A stretch of 64,000 nt of DNA from Octopus sinensis (lineage: Eukaryota). Location of the stretch: assembly GCF_006345805.1 (NCBI RefSeq), contig NC_043002.1:46066001-46130000 (forward strand), given 5' to 3'. The translations under genes were made by a program, and so were the position numbers. Position 1 is the stretch's first letter. Each line of letters begins with the position of its first letter. The notes beneath the pieces are model-generated. The model saw nothing but the letters and a program-made list of their open reading frames with translations. It was not told the origin of the DNA and made no database searches. Positions 24,905 to 37,126 of the stretch are shown piece by piece.

Positions 24905-27520
24905 GAATTCACAAGAAAAACAAAAGACGAAGACAGGTGGTGTAGACAACAAGCAGATGTATTAGTATAATGTTCAGGAAGTTAAAAAGTCTTTAACATT
25001 TCGAGCCTATGCTCTTCCACAGAAAGGAACACAGTAAGAAACAAGGAGAGAAAATAAAGAATGTGTAGTGGTTAGCGATCTATCATGGCAAAGGCTGGAC
25101 AGAAGGGTCACACAGGAGAGCTAGGGAGAAGGGGAGATAACACGGTGGTGGTGATCCCAAAACGAAGGTGCACGCGTGTGTGTATAAGAGTTTGTATGTG
25201 CATGTGGAAGAGGGCTGGTGATCTTGATGGGTGCATGTGTGTACGTGTAGGTGTGAAAATGTGGGTGTGGGAAGTGGTCAGTGCTGATGTGTGCATGGTC
25301 ATGTGTTGTGATGTGTTGTGTTGTGTGGTATGGTGGTGTAAGGTGTAGTGGTGTGTGGTGTGGTGTGATGGTGTTCAAGTGTAGTGTTTTGTTTGAAAAG
25401 GTTGGATGTTTGTATCAAAACAGGAAATGGGATGGGAGTTATCCAGTTCCTGTGAATAAGGGGAGACAATTCTGTGGATTTTATACTCTTTATTTGGAAT
25501 GCTGGATTTTTTGTCAAACAGGATGCTTATATTTATTTTTTGTCAGACAGGATGCTAGAAAAAGGAATATAGTCACCGTTTGCATATTAAGAAGCGTTTG
25601 GAATTTTTGAATAAAAAGATTCTCCTTGTTGATTCTTTCTTGTGTAGAGATTCTGTCTTTACATTGATAGAAAGGGAATATATGAAATTTGGGATTTTTA
25701 TTTCTAGTGCAAGAGTCTATGTGGCTACTGAGTGGAATTTGACGGTATTGTGTGAGATTTATCTGTTCTTTATGGACTGCTACTCTTCTGCATAAAGGAA
25801 GGCTCGTTTGTCCGTTATAATTGTTTTGGCAACTGGTGCATGTAAGAACGTAAATGAGGTTCTTGGAGGAACAAAAGGAGTTGATCTTGATTTTAAACTT
25901 TGTTCCTTGTTTGAAAGAAAATTCAGAGCCTTTAAGTAGGAAGGGGCAGGTACCACAGTTAGGGCATGCACACTTTTTTAACTGATGGGGGTGGATGTGG
26001 TGTGTGAAGTTTGGCATTTGTTTTTTCAATGATTTATGTTGCCTTTTGCATTTAAGGATTTTATGTGTATTGATAATATTATTCATTTTTTGGTCTGTGG
26101 ACAGTAAGGGAAGGTACTGTATGATTGTGGTGTATGCTTCGATGTTTTGGGGGTTGTGGGTAGAAATGTATGGAAGTATTTTGATGTTGGGTGTGTTACT
26201 GTGTTGGGTAGTTTTCAGTGTATTGTTGTCGGGTTCCGTGGCACGTTTTATTCCATAGTCTATGAGTGTGGAGGGATATTTGAGTTGTAATAGTGTTTTT
26301 TTGAGGTCTTGAAGGTGTATTCTCGAGTTTTGGGATCTGAGACAATGGTGCAAATCCTTTTAGCTAAGTTGAAGGAGATATTTATCTTGGTGTGTTTTGA
26401 GTGGCATGAACTGAAGAGGAGGTATTGTTGTGAGTCTGTAGGTTTGTGGTAGATGTTGGTTGTGATTTGGTTGTTAGGTGTTTTTATAATTAGGAGATCA
26501 AGAAAAAGGAGATGATGTTTGCTGAATTCCATAGTGAATTGAATGTTGGGATGTATGTTGTTAAGTGTGGTTTTGAATTCCAGAAGGTTTTCATAAGATT
26601 CTTTTCATATGATGAAACAATCATCTAGGTATCTTTTCCAGTTTTCCATTAAGTAGATGTGGAAAAGGTGTCCAAATTTCTGGCGTGATATCTCATAAAG
26701 TGATAGTTCAAAGAAACCCATTATGAGGTTTGCAAGGACTGGTGCAGATTTGATACCACATTTTTGACGGTAGTGTGTGTTTTCAAAGAGGAAGTAATTG
26801 TTTGTCAGAATGAACTTAAGTGATTCCGTAATGAAGGTCTTGTTAATGCGGTTAGGAAATGCTTCTGGGCGTTTCTCCAGGCAGAAATCAATTGCCTCAA
26901 TACCATATTCATGTGGGATGTTGGTATAGAGGTTGATAACATCAAAGGACACCAAGAATGCCTCGTCATTGGTTGTTTTTGGGGGGTGCTTGAGCATGTC
27001 AAGATCATCTCTAATGACACTTTTGATGTGACTAAGGAAAGGTTTCAAAAGGATGTCCAGGAAATTGCTCAAATGGTGTGTTTCACAGGAGATGCCAGCT
27101 ATGATGGGCCTTAGTTTTAGGTCCTCCGGTACCTTGATGTTGATGTGGATGTCAGAGGAGAGTTTTCAGGTTTCGGTGATGGATTTGTTTTTATGGACTT
27201 TAGGGAGGCCATGGAAGAGGCTGGGCTTGCATTTGAAATTGGTGATGTAATCCTTTTCTTTTTCCATGAGCCCTTGACCGTGTTGGAGTATAGGAGTGGT
27301 GAGGTTTTTGAGTGTTTTTTGTTGTTTATAGTTAGTGATTATTTCATAGAAAGAGTTGTCATTTAGTAAGGAAAGTGCTAGGGGTTTGTAAAAATCTGTA
27401 TCCATAAGGACCACCAAGGTTAAGTCCAACTTTAATATTAATGAATGGAAAGACCTACGAGACCTACAATAGGACAAAAGCCTTACTATTAAAGAAACCA
27501 ACAAAAGTAGTACTGTGGTC
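24900..27520 (-). mobile_element. Penelope-like element (RT + GIY-YIG), decayed, with pLTR at the left end
   Basis: 26605-27072 gives LVSFDVINLYTNIPH and WKRYLDDCFII. 26260-26532 gives FLDLLI..IYHKPTDSQQYL. 25514-26353 gives CPNCGTCPF..NLIYVLTCTSCQNNYNGQTS..RRVAVHK (GIY-YIG-type). Confidence 0.9.
24990..25027 (-). ncRNA. Degenerate minimal hammerhead-like motif in PLE pLTR
   Basis: CTTT-CTGTGGA-A-GAGC ATAG GCTC-GAAATGTT-AAAG. Core position 6 is not A. Confidence 0.4.
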
Positions 27521-27726
27521 CTTACATGTCCAACACATGCCAACATGGAAAGCAGACATTAAACTATGATGATGATGATTTTCCACTTTTTTTTTCATTT
27601 TCAATTTGCCTTTCTTGGGTGCATCTGCACTCTGTTCTGTCTCTTCTTGCTAATCTACTTTTTAACTGTTTGACAGCAACTTGTCATAATATTCTCAGCT
27701 GTCTTGTATCAATGTATGTGTGTGCA

Positions 27727-27770
<44 letters not shown>

Positions 27771-28278
27771 ACTGTGCAAGGGGTCAACACCTATTTACAA
27801 AACCCCACTTTTCCTTCTCTTCTCATTATCTTCTCTTGCTGTTTTTTCAAATGACCTTGATTAGAGTCATATATGTGTGTGTCTGTGTGTGTTTGTGCAC
27901 AGACATATGTTTATGTACTTGTTTTTATTATGGAAGATCAGCTAATTACAAACGGCCATCTTATCACCATCAAACAGCTAAGAACATCCTGTATTTTCAT
28001 CAATTTGCTGTCACCTGGAGAGTTTGTTTCATTATCTCTATTTTTTTCTATTTATTTATATTTTTTGGTTGAGAAACTTACTACATGTCAAAGAAAATCC
28101 TAAGTAATTGCTTAATAAAATCTACTGTAATATATTTCTACACACTACAATATGCTGCTAAATCTGACGGATATATATGTGTATATGTGTGTGAGTGTGT
28201 AGTGTGTGTGTGTATATATATATTTCTGCACGCATTTTTTTTCTCTCCTTGTTTCTCTCCATGTTTCTTTTCTGTGTA

Positions 28279-28316
28279 TCTTTCTGTTGAAGAGCGTAGG
28301 CTTGAAACGTAAAAGA
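28279..28316 (+). ncRNA. Minimal hammerhead-like motif in a solo pLTR fragment (28260-28395)
   Basis: TCTTT-CTGTTGA-A-GAGC GTAG GCTT-GAAACGTA-AAAGA, with a 5-bp stem I and palindromic ACGT stem III. Carries A6U. Confidence 0.45.
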
Positions 28317-28412
28317 CTTATTTTATTTATATTCCTGAGCGCCATACTAATACAATTGTTTGTTTGTACTCCACCTGCCTTCGTCTTTTGTTTATTTTCA
28401 TGAAGCTTCCCG

Positions 28413-28500
<88 letters not shown>

Positions 28501-28919
28501 ATATATATATTAAAGCAGAAAAGAAAAATCAAACAGTTTAGTAAGACTTGACAAAGACATTTAATTTAGTTATATAACAAAAGGTTTAGATTGCCTTTGA
28601 CAGCTGTTTCTAGAATATCCCAGCCATTAGAACATCATGTCGAATGAAGATTCCTTAGACTGAGTATTCTGTTGTTGGAGAGAGATAGGTTAAACATATG
28701 TAAGAGTGGAAGAAAATTTCTTATCAATGATAGTTATTGTGGTTCATTATGTCTAGAATGGAAGGTGAAATCCAATTAAGTCCAGTTAAAATGGATATTC
28801 ATTAGGTAAATTCATGTTCAGAGAGAATGGTTTCATAGTAATGCATGGTTAGAGAAAATGGATGCTAGCAGTTCCAAAGTTGAACAAATTCTGAATATTT
28901 ACAAATATAAATATAGAGG

Positions 28920-29445
28920 CGATAACAAGTGACCAAGACCTTTGGAGATATGCTGTGCTTGAGAAGACTTGGCAAGCCAAGTGAGACCGTAGCTGTGGCC
29001 TATGCCAGTGCATCATAACCAGCTCATCTAAGAGTACCCTTCAATCACTGGGCAATAAACGGCACTTGTGAAGACCTGTTGAGTTAAGTGAAGTCATTGT
29101 CGTGGCCAATGACAGTACCACCTGATTGGCACCCATGCCGGTGGTACATAAAAAGCACCATTTGAGCATGATCATTGCCAGTGCCACCTGACTGGCTCCC
29201 ATGCCGGTGGCATGAAAAAAGCACCATTCAAGTGTGGTTGATGCCAGTACCACCTGACTGACCTTCATGCTGGTGGCACGTAAAAAGCACTCACTACACT
29301 CTTGGAGTGGTTGGCGTTAGGAAGGGCATCCAGCTGTAGAAACACTGCCTGGTGCAGCCTTCTGGCTTGCCAGCCCTTAGTCAAACCATGCATCCCATGC
29401 CAGCATGGAAAGCAGACATTAAATGACGATGATGATGATGATGAT
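28920..29445 (+). mobile_element. RTE 3' end (ORF end + UTR + (GAT)n)
   Basis: GACCTTTGGAGATATGCTGTGCTTGAGAAGAC matches 17365-17400 and leads into the same UTR module. Confidence 0.8.
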
Positions 29446-29626
29446 ATATGTATATATATATATATATGTGAGAAAGTTGGTGTGTGAAATCACTTGGTTG
29501 GATGTATAAAAAATAGAAAAGAGTGAAAAAACTACAGAAGGCTTATTTTATAAGGTTAAAGAATATATTTAAGTTGTTATGTTAGAAAAATGTAATAAAA
29601 TTTTGTGTATAGTAACATAGTTTTTG

Positions 29627-29665
29627 GAGAAATAACCGGTTTCGTATAAACTTTTCAAATTTCTC
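29627..29665 (-). ncRNA. Minimal type I hammerhead ribozyme, U3-A8 core variant
   Basis: GAGAAAT-TTGAAAA-GT TTAT AC-GAA-ACCGGT-T-ATTTCTC: perfect 7-bp stem I, G10.1-C11.1 pair, palindromic stem III. Confidence 0.65.
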
Positions 29666-29707
29666 AAATTTCTTTACCTACATCGTTTCATGTCTTTGTT
29701 ATGTAGT

Positions 29708-29741
<34 letters not shown>

Positions 29742-29850
29742 ATATAAATGCATATATATATATACAAGCACATACATATGTGTATACATATGAAAAAAAA
29801 AGAAAAGATGAAGAATGTATAATTAATGCACAATCATACACATACATATA

Positions 29851-31104
29851 CAGGGGTTGGACAATATAATGGAAACCCTTTAAAATTTCAAACAAATTTA
29901 TTTTAATATGGGGTAGGACCGTGTTTGCCAGTAATTACAGCTCAAATTCTACGAGGTATGCACTTGTAGAAAGTTTGAATTGTTTCCAAAGGAATTTTTG
30001 TCCATTCTTCAGCTAAAACAGTCTCCAGTTCTTGTAGTGATGATGGTGGAGGATATCGACTCCTTATGTTCAATGATATTGAGATAGGGAGACTGTAGTG
30101 GCCAGACAAGATGTTCAACTTCACTAGAGTGTTCCTTGTGCCATTCAGTAACCGTTTAGCTGTGTGAATTAGTGCATTATCATCCTAAAAGATTGCGTTT
30201 CCCTCTAGAAGCAGTTTTGCACCCATAGGATGAATTTGATCAGATAAAATACTTAAATAGCCTTGACTATTAATTCTGTCATGAAGAGAAAGCATTGGGC
30301 TGGTGGATTTCCAAAATATAGATCCCCCGTCGCCCAGATCATTACAGATCCTCCTCCACGTTTAACAGTTGAAAGAAGGCAGTTTGGGTCAAATGCTTCT
30401 TTTGGCTGTCTCCATAAATATACTGGGCTGGTGATCAAAAATAAGGTAAAGGATGACTCGTCCGAGAAAATAACATTTTTCCACTGCTCTAGGGACCAAT
30501 TCTGTAGGTTTTTACTCCACTCTAAGTGCTTTGCAATGTTTGTTTTTGAAAGTAGTGGTTTTCTGATTGTAGCCCTCTTGTGAAATCCAGCTTTGTGCAT
30601 CTTCCGGCAAAGCTTTTGTGGAAACTGGGTTCTTGAGATGGTCATTAAGCTCCACAGTAATTTTAGGAGCTGTACTTCTGCGATCCTTTCTAACAATTTG
30701 CGTAAGAGTTCAATGGTCCCTATCTGAAAGTTTTGGTTTTCTCCTGGTGTTTTGTTTCGATGAGGAGGTTCTACCCTCTTTCTCAAAGGCTGTAATTACT
30801 TTCAAGACAGTACTTCTTGATACACCAAACATTTTGGCTGCTTTCATTACACTAGCACCTACCATATGAGCACTAACAATTTGACCTCTTTGAAAGTCCG
30901 ATAGATCTGTCATTTTAATGAATTTTAATTACCTTTTTCTGATGATATCTGAAAAGAAACAGCAATTTTAGCAAAACATATTAAGCAACACTAATAATAA
31001 ATAAAAAAAAACATAAAAATAAACAAGCTTTTGACAGTTTTATAGATATTTCAAAATTATGATACTATGATGCTCGGTGTTCCCATTATTTTGTCCAAAC
31101 CCTG
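29851..31104 (-). mobile_element. Full-length Tc1-like DNA transposon (decayed)
   Basis: TIRs are CAGGGGTTGGACAATATAATGG and CCATTATTTTGTCCAAACCCTG, with TA on both sides. Length is 1254 bp. Confidence 0.92.
29903..30913 (-). pseudogene. Tc1 DDE transposase, frameshifted
   Basis: MTDLSDFQRGQIV (HTH), KNVIFSDESSF, TVKRGGGSVMIW, DDNALIHTAK, PQSPYLNIIEH and EEWTKIPLETIQ occur across frames. Confidence 0.9.
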
Positions 31105-31192
31105 TATATATGTGTGCATGTGTAAGTAGTCTAAGAGTCCATAAGTCAAGAAAAAATACACTCATATATCTGTCAATAGAGTGGGCATATTA

Positions 31193-31393
31193 TCTGAAGT
31201 GTACAGTATTATATATCCATCATGGCCAATCTTACCAATCAGTTTCATGCCAGGGATTCAAAGGAGTGTTAGGTAACAATCTGATTATGTAACCCTATAC
31301 TCATCAGGGGTAGCCGATATGGAATGAAATATTTCATTCCATATTGAGTGGTAAGACCAGCCATGATGGATATATAATACTGTACACTTCAGA
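31193..31393. mobile_element. 201-bp element with 45-bp TIRs and a 28-bp internal palindrome
   Basis: TCTGAAGTGTACAGTATTATATATCCATCATGGC matches its reverse complement at the right end. ATATGGAATGAAATATTTCATTCCATAT lies at 31318-31345. Confidence 0.65.
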
Positions 31394-31680
31394 AGGCAGT
31401 GAGCTGGTAGAAACGTTAGCATGCTGGACAAAATGCTTTTAATTTAATTGAACAATGCAAACATTACATCAGTTTAAAATGTAGAGCAATCTTCAGCTGC
31501 ATAAAAATATAGAATTTAGTTAAATTTCAAGGAATCATTTGTATAATTTATTCAAAATCACCATGAGGATAAGGAGATAGACAAAGAACATGTTTTACCA
31601 ACAACATCACAGTTGTAACTGAGATTTTTCCAAAAAAGACACTGCTTATCACTGATTCCATAACTTAATTATTTCTTTGC

Positions 31681-31980
31681 CTGGAAAATTCTGAGGACTT
31701 TCCAGAAAGTTCTGAAGATGAGAGACTTCCTGGAAAGTTCTGAGGATGAGACTTCCTTGAACATTCCGAGGACTTCATGGAAAATTCCGAGGTTGAGATT
31801 TCCTGGAAAGCTCCAAGGTAAGAGACTTCCCGGGAAGTTCCGAGGATGAGACTTCTTGGAAAATTCCGAGGATGAGAATTTCTGGAAAATTCCGAGGACT
31901 TCCTGGAAAGTTCCGAGGATGAGACTTCCTTGAACATACTGAGGACTTTTTGGAAAGTTCCGAGGATGAGAGACTTCTTG
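31681..31980. repeat. 21/26-bp minisatellite (GAGGA[TGAGA]CTTCCTGGAAAGTTCC)
   Basis: About 12 degenerate units are directly visible. Confidence 0.85.
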
Positions 31981-32153
31981 TATGTAACAATAAATTTTTG
32001 TTGTTATAATTGCATAATGCAGGATGTGAAGGATGAATAATGCATGAAGTTTTAAGGAAATATTTATTTACCGTTACATTACAAATATCTTGCCTTGACG
32101 GGCATGTTATGATAAATCCAAAAGCATAAGTAAAGTTTGTGTTTGTGTTCTCT

Positions 32154-32434
32154 TCATTGTTTAGTAGTAAGTACAGTGAGAGATAGAATGATGTAAGAGA
32201 ACAGAATCAGAACTAGTGAGAGTTGTAGGGTGTGGGACTTTGTCTCACAGTTGCTGACAGAAAACTTTATTTCTCCCTCTGACCCAGGTTCTAGCTGGTC
32301 AACCAAGTGACTACTTGGTTGAGTCATCACCGACTGGTGACTAACTGATTTTTGCTTGGGGTGTTCTGGCAGAAGGATAGATATATCATTGAGAACAATA
32401 GATTTAGTTGGTGGTCTTGTTATCTCTTTTCTAG
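32154..32434 (-). CDS. Candidate terminal coding exon ending in a hydrophobic (GPI-signal/TM-like) tail
   Basis: Stop-free frame 32465->32154 in non-repetitive DNA ends ...SVSNCETKSHTLQLSLVLILFSYIILSLTVLTTKQ*. A CTAAC branch-like motif precedes an AG at 32436-32435. No homology recognised. Confidence 0.3.
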
Positions 32435-32689
32435 CTTTTGGTGAAGTAGAAGAGGTTAGAAAGGGTCAAGTGGTGAAGACATTATTTCGGCCTAGCTAAA
32501 GGCATCTGGAAAATGTAAAACTGCTGTCACAGAAAACCCGTTGTTCCACTGTGGGAAAAGTACTGTTGCAGTGTTAATTTAACATGCATGCAAGATCCAC
32601 TACATATCATCTTCATGCATGCAAGATCCACTACATATATATATATAAATATATATATATAATCAGATGTGGTGTGCAAGAGAGATGAC

Positions 32690-33560
32690 TGTGCTGGTAT
32701 AGTCATGTGTTGTCAATGAATGAGGACAGCTAAGTGAAAAAGTGTCACACCCTAGCAGTTGAGGGAACTTGTAGAAGAGGTAGACTCAGGAAAACCTGGG
32801 ATGAGCACGACTTTTGAACACTGGGCCTTACCAAGGCAATGACTAGCGACTGGTACCTTTGGAGATATGCTGTGCTTGAGAAGACCCGACAAGCCAAGTG
32901 GGTGTAACCAGTGCATTTATGAATACCCCCTCATTCATTGGACAATAAACCTTGCTTGTGAAGACCTATTAAGGCAAGTGAAATCAAAATCAAAATTGCT
33001 AATGTGGCTGATGACAGTACCACCTGATTGGCACTCGTGCCAGTGGAATGTTAAAAGTACATCCGAATGTGGGGTGTAATCGGCTACTTATGAGTACCCC
33101 TCATTCATTGGACAATGTATTTTGCTTGCGAAGACCTATTGAGGCAAGTGTAAACAAATCAAAATCACTGACGTGGCCAATGACAGTACCGCCTGATTGG
33201 CACTCATGCCAGTGGAATGTTAAAAGCACATCCAAGCGTGATCATTGCCAGGGTCACAGATTTGCTCCCATGCCGGTGACACGTGAAAAGTACCATTCGA
33301 GCATGATCATTACCAGCATCACTTTACTGGCATATGTGCTAGTGGCACGTAAAAACACCTTTTGAGCATGGTCGTTGCCACCTGAAAGGCTCTGGTGCCA
33401 GTGGCAGGTAAAAGCACCCACTACACTCTTAGAGTGGTTGGCATTAGGAAGGGAATCCAGCTGTAGAAACTTTACCAGATCAGATTGAACCTGGTGCAGC
33501 CTCTGGTTCACCAGTCCTCAGTCAAACAGTCCAACCAATGCCAGCATGGAAAGCACTGAG
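32690..33560 (+). mobile_element. Older RTE 3' end with UTR tandem units
   Basis: RGRLRKTWDE-type remnant, then the UTR module ending CCAGCATGGAAAGC. Confidence 0.75.
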
Positions 33561-33599
33561 CTTATTGCTGAATGCTATGCTGGCATTTTTACTGCTGAT

Positions 33600-35110
33600 A
33601 ACCCCAATGTATCTTCTTCACTAACTCTGACATCAAATTCCATAACATCTGTGAAATTCACACCCACAATGCTGTGACACCACTTCAAGAATAAGTGCAA
33701 TTATGCCTCTCCTGGTCTTGAGGGTGTAACTTATTTTCTTCTCAAACGTAGTGGGTTCTTTCTATTGCATCAGCTTTATTCCTTTTACCAATTTTGCCTT
33801 AACAACTTCAGAGCACTGGAAAATTGCCAGTGTTATTCCCCTGTTCAAAATAGGTGATCACACATCACCTGTCAACTACTGTCCAGCTGTCCAGTCAACC
33901 TTACTAGCTGCATCACCAAACTGATGGAGTCCTGTGTCAGAGAAACACTCTGGAACTTTTGGTGCTCTCATAGCCTTATTTAGCCCTCACAATTTGGTTT
34001 TATCCCCAACTCCAGCTGCTGTAGTCGAGTTTCTTGAGGACATAACCTGAGTTATTAATGGCGGCTCAACTCTGTACCACACAAACGACTTGTGGTAAAA
34101 CTCCCTGCAGTGAATGTGAAGGATGATCTCTATAACTGGCTGAAGTCCTTCATTCTTGGCTGGAAAGATGTAGTTACGGTTCTAGAACATCGTTCTTCAC
34201 CTTACGAGATTACTTCTGGTGTACCCCATGGATCGTTCTTGGACCCTTACTGTTGGTTGCATATATTAATGATATAGATGCCAATTTGAGGAATGTTTCA
34301 GTATTGAAATATGCAGATGACACCAAGCTGTACCTTGAAATAAAAAGAACAGATTCTATCGTGCAATCAGACCTGGATACAATGCAGCAGTGGACCTCTG
34401 ACTGGCAACTCAAGCTAGCTGTAGACAAGTGTGTCACCATGCATTTTGGGAGGAAAAATCCAGCCTTTACATACTCCTTCAGCAACACCAATCTCAAGAA
34501 GTCTTCTAGTGGACATGATCTGGGTATTATTGTAAACAACAATCTGCATTGGACAAATCACATCTCTAAGATTGTCAAGAAGGTTGAGGGTCCTCTAGCA
34601 TCACTCAGTAAGACTTTTGTCAGCCACTCTTCAGCTATCTATTTAAAATTGTATATGACAATGGTACATCCACATTTAGGATTTGAATCACGAGTCTGGG
34701 ACCCTTATCTTGCTCAGCATATAAATCTCCTGGAAACTGTTCAGAAATGTGCAACAAAGCAAATACCCACCGTCAGACATCTACCATACTCTGAACGTCT
34801 TACATTCTTGGGCATGGATACATTGAAGCTCAGAGGTCTTGCAACTGACTTGATTGACACCCACAAGATTATCCACCATATATCCAACAACAACGTTGGG
34901 TACCTTTTTGAATTCCATATGACAAACACTCACGGGTATGCTTATAAAATCAAAAAACAACACAGCACCCATGACTTTTGGAAACAATTTTTCATTCTCA
35001 GAATTGCAGAAGCAAGGAATAAACCACCCGCATCAGTTGTTAGCTGTCAAGACACTACATCCTTCAAAAGTTCCTGTGTCCTGAAATCCACCAATAGTAC
35101 ACCTGATGGC
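33600..35110 (+). pseudogene. CR1-clade LINE reverse transcriptase, degenerate
   Basis: SQFGFIPN, SGVPHGS, YINDI..VLKYADDTKLY, DLGIIVNNNLHW, ETVQKCATK and LPYSERL. Confidence 0.88.
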
Positions 35111-35989
35111 CATTTTTTTTCTTTTTAGTTGTAGTGCACCTGAGCACTGTATACAACAATTTCCTTCATCATTATATATGTGTGTTGACTTTCTGTGCAA
35201 CATTTTATGGCTGTTACTCAATGTAATGTCACACACCCACTTCTGTTCCCACTCAGTCGTACCCTACACAGTGTTTAATATTTGGTGCAAGACTGTCTCA
35301 CTTTTCTATCTATTTCTCTGTCCTTCTCCTCTCCCCTCTACATACCTCTCTACCTATCTGCTGCTTTTCTCTCTTTGCTGCCTTCCATTTCTTCCTCTGT
35401 CCATCTCTGTCAACTACCTACTGTCTGTTGTTATTCCCTTATTTCTCCGCACTCTCTCTTTCTTCTTACTTGCTCTTCCCTAACCTTCTTTACTCCCTTT
35501 CTTCACTTTTTTGGTACCAAAAGACAATCCAATTTTTTATCACTTATCGTTTTTCTACTTGACCAGTGCATAGGTAAGACATCGCCGTTTAATGTCGATT
35601 TTCCATGCTGGCATAGGTTGAACGGTTTGACTGGGATCTGGGAAGCTAGGAGGCTGCACCAAGCTCCAGTCTGATCTGGTAGTGTTTCTACAGCTGGATG
35701 CCCTTCCTAATGCCAACCAGTGTAGTGGGTGCTTTTTTTACGTGCCACCAGCACAGGGGCCAATCTCCTGTCTAGTACTCATTTCAGATCCCCAGTATAT
35801 CTTTTCACTTTTCATTCTTTTCTTTCCTTCTAACTTCCTTCCCTCTACCCCATCTCTCTATCCTTCTCCTGGGCCTTCTCATTGTACCTTTGGAACACAA
35901 GCACCACTATTTTCTTCCTTTTTTGTTAGTTTTTGTCATATAGTGTCCCGCATTTTGAAATACTTGCAATTCGTATTTTTACTGCTTAT

Positions 35990-36540
35990 GTTAGCTCTGC
36001 TTGATACCTTTCCAAAATTAAACATTTTAATATGCAAAATATACTTCACATTATTACATATACTATGCATTAATGAAAAAAATATTGTGTTTATTGGCTA
36101 TCTTCAAAATGATCACACCATCAATGGAAAATTTCAATGCCAACTTCCTAAGGCAGTTATGAAAGGCTATCAAGACCAAACACCCAGAAAAACTGATGAA
36201 TGGGGTCTTGTTTCATTAGGACAATGCTTCAGTACACAAGTCCTTGGTTTCAATGGCTGCTGTGTGTGACTGGCTTTGAACTGGTTGATCACCCTCCCTA
36301 TGTTAGTGATTTGGTTCCTTCTGGTTATCATCTGTTTCCCAGCATAAAAAAACACTCAGCTGAGCACCAGTATCACTATGATGAGAACATCTTATCTGTT
36401 GTTGATGACCCACAAGTGCGATCCAAGCACTGCAACTACTTATGGAAGTGTGTGGACAGTAAGAGGAACTATGTTGGAAAATGAACTTCCATTGAGAATG
36501 TCTTGTTCAGATTATGAACATTTCAACCAACCCTCATAAT
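35990..36540 (+). mobile_element. mariner (DD34D) 3' fragment
   Basis: GFELVDHPPYVSDLVPSGYHLFPSIKKH resembles HPPYSPDLAPSDYHLF. Ends in a TIR-like CAACCAACCCTCATA. Confidence 0.8.
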
Positions 36541-36666
36541 AATAAAAATTATTATTATACCTGCATTTGTTAACATTGGAAAAATCTACATTTTTCATAA
36601 AAAAATTAGGACCTGGGTTTGCACCCCCTTAGCAAATTTTGTTGCTGGGCCACTGCATACATACAT

Positions 36667-36739
<73 letters not shown>

Positions 36740-37068
36740 GGAGACCCTCTTCGGTCATGAATGACCATGGGGTTGCACCTAGAAAGTTACCCTCTGAGGC
36801 ACAAGTCCGGGCATGGTTATTTATGGAAGACCAGCAGTTGTCCATGCATACAAGCCTCTCCTCTCCACACCACCGATGTCATCCAAGGGAAAGGCAAAGG
36901 CCGATACAGCTTGGCATCAGTGATGTCGCAACTCATTTGTACAGCTGAGTGAACTGGAGCAAAGAGAAATAAAGTGTCTTGCTCAAGAACATAACACACA
37001 GCCCTGTCTGGGATTCGAACTCACAACCACATGATTGTAAGCTCAATGCTTTAACCACTGAGCCATGC
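36740..37068 (-). mobile_element. SINE family A
   Basis: Homologous to 86-416. Confidence 0.8.
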
Positions 37069-37071
37069 ACC

Positions 37072-37126
<55 letters not shown>

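Noticed and set aside
31665-31990. Ser-rich repetitive ORFs (SSSELSRKS)
   Set aside because: They are a by-product of the minisatellite, and the reading frames are inconsistent between units.
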